This document shows, piece by piece, positions 23,401 to 33,800 of a stretch of 51,408 bases of DNA. The position numbers and the translations under genes are program-made. Origin of the DNA: Catajapyx aquilonaris (Eukaryota); contig JYFJ02000135.1 of assembly GCA_000934665.2 (NCBI GenBank), positions 124,001 to 175,408 on the forward strand. Reading direction: 5' to 3'. The stretch's first letter is position 1. Each line of letters starts with the position of its first letter. Under the pieces are notes generated by a model, which made no database searches, was not told the origin of the DNA, and worked only from the letters and a program-made list of their open reading frames with translations.

Positions 23401-26400
23401 GTCGAATGATGGAGTACCTCACCTTTCTCCTTGAATCCTTGCATTCATCACCATTCCTTTCTGTGCAGGAACACCGATACCTCCGTGAAGGTCGCAAGGG
23501 TCAAGTCAAGACTCGGTCTTGTCCTCATTGCAATGACAAGTTTCTGGGGGACCCTCGTTACAGGCTGCACCTAAAGCAGCGTCACCCGGAGAGATGCTCG
23601 CGGTGAGAATCATAAGTAGTTTCGATCTAATTATTACACGGCCAAAATATTAACCGGATAAATTTCAGGTGTTACAACTGTGGGCAAATATTTGCTCTGC
23701 GGCAAGAATTGGCTCGCCATACTTCCAAAGGCTGCTCTCCTGCCAAAAAGGTGGTTCCAGAAAAATCTCAAATTAGCCCGAAGAAAAGTCCGGTGTCCCG
23801 CACATGTTCTCTTTGTGCGTTTCAAAGTGATAGCCAGGCAGAGGTGCTGTTTCACCAAGCACTTCACGAGGATCCACAATGCATAGCACCAACCAAGCCA
23901 AAAATTGGATCGAAAAATGAGGTCGGTGTAAATTAGCATCATGTAGTGTCCAATGTTTAACAACAATTTCGTTTTATTTCAGAATACAGCTCTGAGTAAA
24001 TATCGATGCCCTATCTGCAGTAATTACTTCCAAAAAAATATTCTGCGTGGTCACATTCGCAAGCATCTGGGTGACCGTCCATTCCAGTGTCCAGAATGCA
24101 CGTCCAAGTTTACCACCACTGCCTCCCTCAACGGGCACATCCGACGTGCCCACACCACCCAGAAGAAGCACAGCCTGCCTTGTCCAGATTGCCCCTTCAT
24201 GGCTTCCAATCCACACATATTAGAACGGCACCGCGCATGTCACAAGAAGGACCGCACACGAACTGAACTCTGTGATGTGTGCGGCAAGGCCTTTTTCAGC
24301 AAGTAAGTTGACGCTGTCATTAGTTCAAGGAGGTGTTCGCGCCCAGTAAGCAACGCGACACCAGAAGACCAGTCACATTTTCCTCGAAATTGACTTGTAG
24401 TCCTTGACAACAATCACATGTCCATCTCCATACAGAGGAGGCCACAAGGTGACTTGTGGTCACAGTGTTGTTTCTGCTACTCTGAGTCTGTCAATCGCAT
24501 TTTAATTGTTGGGTGTAAATTATGGTGCAGCACCCAACATTCTCGTTTTTTCTCCTGTTTCTATGCACATGGCAAAGAGGACGTAGACCATGTACCCCCA
24601 TCTTCTTCTCCCGTCTCCACAATTCGAGATGGGCAGAGACGTATTAAATCACGCAGATGTGCCCTCCCACTCCCATCCAGTCGTACGGGGTCATCCGATT
24701 CCTAGCCAAGGCGTTCGATACAAAGAAAAACTTGAAACTAAGAAAAAAAAAAGCGGCATCTTCACGCCGTGCCGGCTTCCTCTTCGTGCCGCGGGAGAAA
24801 AGGGCAGTTCCCAGCAGCCCCCTCAAACCAGAGCCTCTTATGAAAGACTCCCCAGACATGTCAGGGCAGCCAATGCTCGTAAATATGTCGAGCCTAGGCT
24901 GCAGGGGTTGGAGTGAAGGTTATGGAGTGCATGGCTGACTGTTTGGACCGGAGCCCACGCCGAGTGCCACCTCCGATCTGATTGGTCCCTGAAGCGCGTT
25001 TTCGTGACGCTCCTGGTCGTCCGGACCAATCGTGGATGAGGTTGAGGCGCGTCCGGCGGGTCCAAGCAAATGGAGCAGTTTACAACGAACATCATGCGCG
25101 GACCGTATATCCTTCAGCTCGGAGACAGGTTTGATGAGCAGACCGCCTTTTTCCCTTTCGGAAAAAGAAGGGGAGATGGAGAGGGGGAAGGGAGTAGGGG
25201 TCTAGCCAGCTTTCTCGAGATTTTCATGCGCCCTCGACACCAGATTTACGGGCGCTGCGCTCCGAAAAGAATGCCATAAATCCTGTGGTGGCCAGGCAAC
25301 CCCCGATGCCCGCCCTTGCGGAGATTGGCATGATTCGATATAGTTTTCAAGCGTGATAAATAGTAATTACTACCTCTGGTTTTTACCGCCCTTCGTTATG
25401 ATGACCACTATATTTCATACGGTTCTCTGGAAATAAATATCGCCAAGTTGTTGTAATGCCCGGTGATGGGGGTGGGGGAAGGTGAAGGTTTTTGGCGGTA
25501 TACTTCTCTCGGGAAGGAAAACCAGACTACATAGATTTGCCTGCAAAACGCCCCTTACAGACGGGGGCCTTTTTACATGAGAAACGTTATTTTTTTGTAT
25601 GTGTAAATGATGCGATCCGGAGATGACGTGCCATCAGACAAATTAGGATTAGCGGGGAGAAAGTTTGATATATTTTTTCCAAAGGTTAAGGCATAAATAA
25701 TTCTTTTAAATCGTGTTCTATTAAACAAATGAATCATAATTTTTTTAAACCCTCGGCGTGTTCGTTACCATCAGGGGATAAAGGGTGATTTCTACATTAA
25801 TTTTTACCGTCACTCATAAATCCGGTTTTAGTGCCTTTTTTGACGGGTTACATGGCAGCACAAATCATTTTAAAAATTGTCGCACAAGTAGGGAAGCCGA
25901 AATGGTATATTACTACTCCAGTTTCCTGATGTCTTGAATGCACGTGAGCTCCATGGAAGAGTCTGGAGCATTAGAACTCATTTTTAAGTGTTCTGATGTC
26001 CGTGCTAGAAACCGAGGAAAGGCGTAGGTTTGACTCCCATGTTCAGGTAATGGGCGTAATGTTAATAAAGCACGATTTTATGACCCATGACTTCACGCGC
26101 GTGCTTTGAACACAACCAATTCCCCAAGGTAAGAAAGTACGCCCTTCAGTCTCCCACCCTTGTGTTTGTACAATAAATCCAGTGTACGACCCGTATTCTA
26201 AGCAACTGACTTTCTGCACTTTAAATTCACTTATGGATGAGGGGAAATAGACATCCTTAAATTTACAAGGGGCAGGTTCGTTTTTTTTTTTTGTCGCCTT
26301 CCCTCTTCCTTATACTGTCGCTTCGTGTTTCACACGTTAAAACTAATCAAGTCGGGAGATTTATACCACAAGTAAATCGTGAAAGGAGGAGAAAAAATGA

Positions 26401-27766
26401 CGTCGTCAATTTACTGTCTTTGATGTTGCCATAGAGCGGGGTTAAAGAAGTACAATTCCTATGCGAAGTTGTGTCATGTGAAACCTTCACCGAAGACAAA
26501 CGGGACGAGTTCTGAGCTGGCATACCGTAAAATTGTTTTCCCACTTTTTTGCCTTGTTTCTCTCCCTAGGTACAACTTGGTGCACCACCAAAAACTGCAT
26601 ACTGGCAAGCTCTTCAAGTGTACCCACCAGAACTGCATCTTCTCGTGTCGATCCGAGGGCGAGCTCCGTGCCCATCGTCGGATCCACTCCGACGAACGGC
26701 CCTACGAGTGCGACATGTGCGAGTATGCGGCCAAGACCCACGGACAGCTGGCGAGGTGAGGACACTTAATACCGTGGTGTGATGTTATGACTTCCTTCAC
26801 TCTTATTTCAACAGGCACCGCAAGTTTCACGAGGCTGTGCGAATGCACAAGTGCCCTCATTGCGAATTTACGGCCACGTTCCGGGGACATCTGCGCCGAC
26901 ATCTGCGGCTCCACACCGGCGCCAAACCGTTCAAATGTCCCTACTGCAACTATAAATGCAATCTCCTGGTACGTTCAGGCCCTCTAGAGTTCGTTTTATA
27001 AGAAATTGGACCCAGTTTTGGGTCGATGACGTCCAATCATTATGGCCGCATCAATCAAAAGTGGTTTTGTATTGATCCTGACTAATATTAATTTCAGGAG
27101 AATCTTCGCAAGCATATTCTGCAAACTGTGAAACATGTGGGGAAGCACATGTACGAGTGCAGGTTTTGTCCTCCTGGTGAGGAGCCATATGCTACAGACC
27201 TGTCCACCGAATTCCGCATTCATCTGTGCCTAAACCACAAAGACCAGTTCCCTAACACAAAGGCAATCACGTCCTACCTGGCTGGACTATACGACGCTGA
27301 TGATGACCCTGAGACCACCGAAAATCCTCTACCGGTTGTGAAGAAACGGTGAGTGTATGGGTAATCAATTTAAGCCAGTTTTATTATCGTTGTCGTATGC
27401 ATTCCCAGCCTCCAGCCAAATTATACACTGTCAAAACACCCCTCGGTGGACACTGCTCCAGAGGTACCTCCTAAGGAACCGGATAATGTGATATATGTCA
27501 ATGTGCTTCCTGAAGAAAAAGACTTAAAGGAACTGAACATAATCATGGAAGAAGACAAGGAGACCATGTCAAAGCCTGAGAGTGAAAAGCTAGAGGTATC
27601 AACTCAATTGAACAATCTTGTTGAGAGTGATCCTGGAACAACTGGGCCTACAATCACTGCAGATGAAGTTACACATTATGAGGAGTTGGTAAACCACTGC
27701 CTGCAGACACTGAATGAAACTGGGTCTGCCTCTCCAGGACAGCCCTTTGTGTTTATTTTTGAGTAA
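19009..27766 (+). CDS. ZNF407: ZNF407-like multi-zinc-finger protein, 9 coding exons, about 1252 aa: join(19009-20413,22696-23393,23469-23602,23669-23921,23983-24302,26570-26755,26815-26968,27098-27348,27409-27766)
   Basis: All eight introns are GT-AG with matching phases and splicing rebuilds fingers across junctions; total 3759 nt. N-terminal C2HC finger, several matrin/U1-type C-x2-C...H-x5-H fingers and a C-terminal C2H2 array. The array's last fingers (HTGAKPFKCPYCNYKCNLLENLRKHILQTVKHVGKHMYEC...EFRIHL) resemble my recollection of human ZNF407 (HTGEKPYRCPWCDYRSNCAENIRKHILHTGKHEGVKMYNC...EFRNHL). Gene model is high confidence, orthology moderate. Confidence 0.85.
19690..19989 (+). repeat. 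Coding tandem repeat, 48-bp/16-aa unit (KWKSVGFDDHHPQTGG)
   Basis: Four clear 48-bp units at 19795-19842, 19843-19890, 19891-19938 and 19939-19986, plus two more diverged units upstream. Confidence 0.9.
20851..21262. mobile_element. Degenerate long inverted repeat (foldback or MITE relic) in ZNF intron 1
   Basis: Perfect inner arms CGAGTGGTGTAAAA 21004-21017 / TTTTACACCACTCG 21094-21107. Nested imperfect matches outward: TGCCATG/CATGGCA, TATTGGCGAAT/ATTCGCCGATA, TTATTACTCTGTTTTG/CAAAACCAGATAATAA, GTGCCCCT/AGGGGCAC. Confidence 0.6.
22696..23393 (+). CDS. ZNF407: ZNF407-like coding exon 2 (PLDLT motif, matrin-type and C2H2 fingers)
   Basis: Acceptor ttttcaccag (alternative in-frame ttccag gives start 22702); donor CCG|GTATGT at 23394; ORF 22731.. 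frame. Confidence 0.88.
23469..23602 (+). CDS. ZNF407: ZNF407-like coding exon 3
   Basis: Acceptor cctttctgtgcag, donor CG|GTGAGA; encodes EH...CPHCNDKFLGDPRYRLHLKQRH. Confidence 0.85.
23669..23921 (+). CDS. ZNF407: ZNF407-like coding exon 4
   Basis: Acceptor aatttcag; encodes CYNCGQIFALRQELARHTSKGC and CSLCAFQSDSQAEVLFHQALH; donor GAG|GTCGGT. Confidence 0.85.
23983..24302 (+). CDS. ZNF407: ZNF407-like coding exon 5
   Basis: Acceptor ttttatttcag; three C2H2 fingers and the start of a fourth; donor AA|GTAAGT. Confidence 0.9.
26570..26755 (+). CDS. ZNF407: ZNF407-like coding exon 6
   Basis: Acceptor ttctctccctag; completes CDVCGKAFFSK-YNLVHHQKLH; donor AG|GTGAGG. Confidence 0.9.
26815..26968 (+). 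CDS. ZNF407: ZNF407-like coding exon 7
   Basis: Acceptor atttcaacag; encodes HRKFHEAVRMHKCPHCEFTATFRGHLRRHLRLHTGAKPFKCPYCNYKCNLL (frame absent from the ORF track); donor CTG|GTACGT. Confidence 0.9.
27098..27348 (+). CDS. ZNF407: ZNF407-like coding exon 8
   Basis: Branch-like GACTAAT then atttcag acceptor; encodes ENLRKHILQTVKH...SYLAGLY; donor CG|GTGAGT. Confidence 0.9.
27409..27766 (+). CDS. ZNF407: ZNF407-like coding exon 9 (terminal, acidic tail)
   Basis: Acceptor attcccag in the required phase 2; open to TAA at 27764-27766. Confidence 0.8.
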
Positions 27767-27889
27767 ACATTTTGGTTTGTTTACTTTATGGGGAAGGAAT
27801 GAGATCATGGATTTCCAATGAACCCATTGTCCAGGTTTCCCAGTTGTTTCCATATTTATTGCATTTACCTGGTCATTGTCAGTGTGTAC

Positions 27890-27895
27890 AATAAA
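27890..27895 (+). terminator. Candidate polyadenylation signal of the ZNF407-like gene
   Basis: AATAAA about 124 nt after the stop, preceded by TGTA; a second AATAAA at 28073-28078. Confidence 0.5.
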
Positions 27896-30800
27896 AGTTA
27901 CAGTTGCATAATTTCCTCCCTTTATCCTTCTTTGCAAGTGGAGGTACTGTATGTTTCAGTAGGGTGACATCTGGAACCAAAATGAATAGTAAGTAAGAGT
28001 TTTTTAAATCCATTACAAATTACATCACTAAATCTAACACTCCCTTAGCCACTGCCTACTTTTGAATCATGTAATAAACTAATCGACATGGGGAGATAGG
28101 TGGATGCAAGTAACTAAAAATGCATTCATATTACTGATAAGAACATGTGTGACTTCATCAGCTTCACTTTGTCATATGGAGCCCATGTTTTCCATATAAA
28201 GAATTTTCCGAGGAATTTTCACTGTGTACAGGATTTGATGTAAACATATCATGAAGCCCTTGTACCTGATAATACTGTAAACTTATACTGTAATTTAAAT
28301 TCCCAGCGTAAAATAATAATGTGACATAAGTACAGGTCAAATTTGACGCACGTATGTGCTAACATTTCGTGCCATCATCGCTATATGGTATTGAAACGGG
28401 TAGCGATGAATGAGAGCCGTGAAAGAATATTCTTTCTGTGTCAGTGTTGCATGTGTTGGCCGCCATGAATGATCACTAAGGAAGTTGATGCAAAATATTG
28501 GGCTGGAGTGAAACCAAATGCTGATCAATGCAAGCCACTGGAAAACAAACACGAGGTAGCCTAATTCAATACCTAATTCAATATATACGGTTACGGTATG
28601 TTTTATGTCAAGAGACAGAATGATTAGAGGAGGCTTTTATTTTTACCTTAGTATACAATATTATTTTGAAGTAAAATTTTGTGGAACTGTGCGGTACCAC
28701 ACAAACGGGGCAGCTTCACAGGTACACGGTGCACCGTCGCATCTACAAAAGGTAAAAACAACGAAATGTAAGGATGCGAAGCAAACAATCAACACGATTT
28801 TCATTACACGAGATATGGTAGTCCACGTGGATGACACGTGGTCCGATCAAGCTGCCCCATTATTTTAGCAAGTCACGTCCGTCCTTACTATGCGCGCACC
28901 TACGGCTTTCTACCAGTGCTATGGTATATCACAGTACCTTATCGAGTAAAACATTGCAAGCCGTCTCAATGGTCTCATACAATGCGCAAATATACCAGAC
29001 ATCTTTTTTGTTGTTGGAATTCAATTTTTGTCGACTGTGTTGGTCACTGTCCTACACACCCTGTGCCTCCGGGGTATGTGCATGACCCCTGTGCTTCCAG
29101 GTTCCCATCCTTGCGTACCGATCTCCGCACTAGCGTCCTCTGTACTAAAAGTGCTAGTAATTGGATCTCCCTGGAGACATGGCGGGCCCTGGTGGATCTG
29201 AAGCCAAGACTCCAAGAGTTTAGGGACGTTAATGTCTCTCCCGTCATCTCCCACAGCCCCGAACAACGCATCCCATCCTCCTCACCCACCCTACCACCCT
29301 CCCTTTCGCCGTTTAAGTGCCAAAATGCTAATATACTGAAGACACAAACGACGTTGAGTAACAAAAGCCAGACGGCCAACTCGTGATGGAAGCCGACGGA
29401 GAGGCATTAGAATATCTCCAGCCAGGACTAGCGCCGGCAATTAAGAGCCAGAGCTAAAGAACAAATTGGATCAAGATCAGGGAGGTATTTTTCATCCGTC
29501 TCATTACACGCCTAATTCTTGCTCTTGTTTGATTTACAGAGATGTCCAGGAGAGGAGGGTGATTATTCACTTTTAGCACTCCGCCGTGAAAGTGTGGCCC
29601 TGAGTAAGACTGGCACATACATTATTATTATTATATATGCATTTTTACTGCTTCCTCCAGGAGCTCATGGCTGCGAGCGGGAGAAAAGGGGAAGAGTTAT
29701 AGTGCGGAATCTCTGATGTGACACTTCTAACTGCCAGTTACTTGTACGAAACGTTACAATATTGCAGCCCTAATCGAGATTTAAAACGGAGCCGGATGGC
29801 TTGATAAGAGAGGAGTAAAATTTTCACGTGCTGGGATGTGTCGCTGCAATTTAGATTTCATTTTGATTATTCACTGCTACTTAGCTAAATTCGTATCGCC
29901 TGGAATGGTTGTTGTCGCAAAAGCTCTCTTTTCTCTCTGGCTGCAAAACCTACAATAAAACAATGCTATAGAAACCTTGGATGGATTTTTAGGAAGGCGA
30001 GTAATGATGGTTGTATAGCACCAGGATACGTTTGTCCAATTTTTTGACACGATGTTTAAAATAGCTTACTAATTTTCAAAGATTTTCAAGCTATTCCAGC
30101 AGCCATATACAAGTAAAAGCATCATAGGCACAAATGATGGAAAACGCCACTACATTACTTTGTAATGAAAAACTCAAACGCTAATGACGCAAGCAAGACA
30201 TAATGTTCCGCCTAGTCCAACTTTGAAAAGACCAAACGGAGTCGACAAAGAATTCTGACTGTTGGAACACCCCGTAGATTTGTTTTTGCCCTTGGACGCC
30301 CACCGCCCTGGTAGGTGCCGCCCCGAGGGGGTCACTAAAAGGCCACCGCCGTTAAGTTCCCCATGAAACATGGGGCGCCTAATATTTTCATCACACAGAC
30401 CCGTCTCATCTACCCCTCCTTTGAATCAAGCACTTGGCCCGCCTCGATTATAGGCTTTATTACCAACCACAAACTCTACTTGTGCACCCTTCCCTGTCTC
30501 CTTAGCCACACACTTAACTCACCTCTTTCCTTGATTACTGCTCCTTCCAGCAGTATCTCTCAGAATTCATGTCCCCTGACAACATAGGAGTCCTCTGCCA
30601 ATGGCTACTCTTAATACAGGGTATTTCATCATGATTTTCCCACGAGCAAAGGCACTCCCTTCCTCTAGAAATTCGCTGGTTTCGTTTGAAATGAACCAGT
30701 CTTTAGAGATTGATGTGGCTTTGAATAGAGGGAGCATCAGGCTGTTTGAGTGTCCACGGACACCGAAATGATCTCAGGGGAATGTGACTTTCTGGCACTG

Positions 30801-33800
30801 GCGCATCAGATCAGTGAGATTAGTTGTTTGGGGCTTTTCTCATTAACGCCTGTGCGAATTATCCATCCTTGTCAGGAATAAAAACAGTTTCCTCTCTCGT
30901 GCTTGCTCTTCGCTCCATCTCCAATTGCAAAACCTTCTTCCTTTTTTTTCATTCCCCTTTAAAAATCCCTCATCCCATCCATTTCTAGAAACAACCCGCA
31001 CCCCACTTGGCGACTGGCATCCTCTCCAGAGTCCTAAATGCCTTACAACCGGTTCTCCATTAATCTTATTACCCACTTGCATTATCGCCTCGTCCCCTTG
31101 CATTCATTCCCTGCTCCATCTTAAGCAGGGTCTTTGCCTTACGTACTTGCGCCAAAAACTTGGACACCTTGTGTATGATTCAGTAGACCAATATTGTTAA
31201 TGTTTTGCTACCGTAAAATGGTTCAGACTTTTAGTAATCACTTTTGAAAAATAAATGTTGGTCATTGCCCTATGTTGTTAAATTACGCAGCCCAGCACCT
31301 CATTGCTGAACTTCCATAATGCTCTAGCCTGAAATGAAAAATACTTGTACTCATTTTGCATAAACCGATCAGCAACTGCCTGACGAAATTACCCCATGTC
31401 TTTGCCGGCACCTCATCGCCACAAAAAAAAGAGCCCCATCTCCTTACTTCTCCCGCAGACTACAAAGTCCACGATTTACGCCCCACCTCCATTCCCTCCG
31501 TCCATATCTTTGTTTTTGAGGAATGGGACTTGTCCGGTCGTCCGTCTTGAAGACCGCACTGGTGGTCTGCCCGCTTAGCGGGAATTTCGTTTGCATAAAG
31601 ACGCCACTCCGAGGAAGCAAATCAAGGGCGGTCCCAGACGCAGCACACACAACTCTCACATACACATGATCGAAAAAACCGAAACCGATCTTTCATGCGG
31701 TTGGAGCCACAGAAGGTAGTAGCCTGGGAGGTCCCATGTCCACTTCACCTTCGTCGCTCATGAGTAATTTTTAATTATGTCCTCCCTTGTCAATGAGAAG
31801 TGGTGGGCGGACACCAGCTTTGAAACTGGATTTGAGAACATGGATTGAAACAGAGCGAAAAAAAACAGGGTCGAATATCACCACAAGGTTGCAACAGCAG
31901 GCTCATTTGCCGGTGAGAATGACCTCCGAGGGCAGTTACAAAAGCTTCATTACCCCTGCAGTTTTTTTTCCACATACGTGTTAGTTTACGTGGCAGTGCC
32001 GATTGTAAATTACGCCCACCTCGTAAGCTGAGCGGCCGGAAAAATTAAGCAAATAAAGTGCTACGGCGTGTCGTAAACATTAAGAGTGTGGTACACGGTT
32101 CGTCTATTTGTTTACTCTGCAGATTCAATAGCTGGAAGTGTGCAGCGATAATGAATTGGGTTCAGCCATCGCTAGAGTCTGCCGAACACACCATGTCCCC
32201 TTTCTTCTACTCCCAGGAAACATTCATTTCGAAAGAGCGTAAACTTCACTCCATAAGCGATATTTATGGATTCTTGATTACAGGGTGAGTGAGCTTTATG
32301 GTAGCCTGATAGGGAGCAGCGTAGTATATGAGGGGCAGCGGGCGCCCTCTTGAATATATGACGACGACCGTGAGAAAACCGCAGACCCAAGTTAAAGCAA
32401 TCTGTAAGAACATATAGGGTAATATATCTCAGATTAATCCACAGGCCAACATCGGACTCTGAAATTAATGTACCACAAGCAGCTACGCGGTTCTGCTCGT
32501 TTCCACCGAGGAAATTATTTAGATCTATAAGTTAATTTAGATGGTCAACTTCTTATTGCACTAAATATGCCGAATGCAAATTGGTATGAAATGTACCGCC
32601 GAAATAGACTAACAATTTATAGCTCCACTGCCTTTCAATAGCTAATGAGTTGCTTGATTATCAACATGCCTAAACAGGTATAGTTTGTTAAGGCAACCCG
32701 TTTCTAATTTGCGTCAACGTTAGTGGCAGGTGCAATCTTCTGTCAGCAATCAATAACACCATTGGAATCACGCTTATTCTCAGCCGGACGCCCCATAAAT
32801 AAGGCCTCCCAATTTCAAAGCAAACACACCCCCACGAGGGTCAGTCGTACCCCACCCGGGTATCTGTTGAGTGAAAACCCCACAAGTCGTACCCAATAAT
32901 TTTTCTCCCTAGACTTAAAGCATTATAAGTGTTCAAGTGACGCCCAGGTGAGGTTGGGTTCATTGGTGTGACTGAACGCTGGTGTGATCCTCCAGAAATT
33001 CCTTTTTGTTATTGCCCGTGGGGGAGTTGCGGCGTCCTTTGAAACCCCCTTCTTTTTGCCTAAGAACCCACCAAGGCCGTTAATAAATTGGGATTCGCGT
33101 CCGGTGACGTCCGGGTGTACACATCATCCTGGGACCACCTTTCAAATGCAAAAGTGAATTATTCTAAGGTGGCCAGTGGAATAAGTCATGAACCTTTCCC
33201 TCCTTTTTTTCGACTTTGAAAAAAAAGAGAGAAAAGGACGGTAAATCTGTCTCCGGTCCGCGATGCGAAGTGTTGATGACCGAAACACATCAGCGCTTAA
33301 GTCATTCACACTCGAGAGGTGGTTGGTGAGTCTGACACCGCGCGTCAGCACTGTCGCCATCCATCACTAACCGGCAGCCATCTTGGGGATGACTTTATAG
33401 GGTCGCCTCGCTATTTATCATCAGGCACAGGGAGCAGAACGGCTTGAAAACAGCCACTGAACATTTTCTCCATTCTCCCAAAGTCGGATCGCATGTCTCT
33501 ACCCAATATGGTGGCCCCCTGAATGCTAAGTAGTTGGCGGAGATAGGAGTGAAGAATGTGGCATGGTGAAGGATTTGGACAGGCTGGGTTGTTCTTTCTT
33601 GGCTCGATTGAAAGATGCCCTTTTCTGATTGTTCTCGTTTCTTCCTTTTTTCTTCGTCTTCTTCTCCTTTTTCTATCTGCAGAGGGGCGTCGACAAAATG
33701 CTCAGTGGATCGAAGATGTGGGCAGCTGATGGTGTGAAGCATGGTGATCAAGCTCAGCTGCGGGGTTGGTCACCACGATACTGTTTGGAGTGGAACGCGC

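Noticed and set aside
25545..25574. GC hairpin followed by a T run, like a rho-independent terminator
   Set aside because: Intron of a eukaryotic gene; short imperfect stem expected by chance.
32279..32290. TACAGGGTGAGT, a Tc1-like TIR start or splice donor
   Set aside because: No matching inverted end nearby and no recognisable upstream exon.
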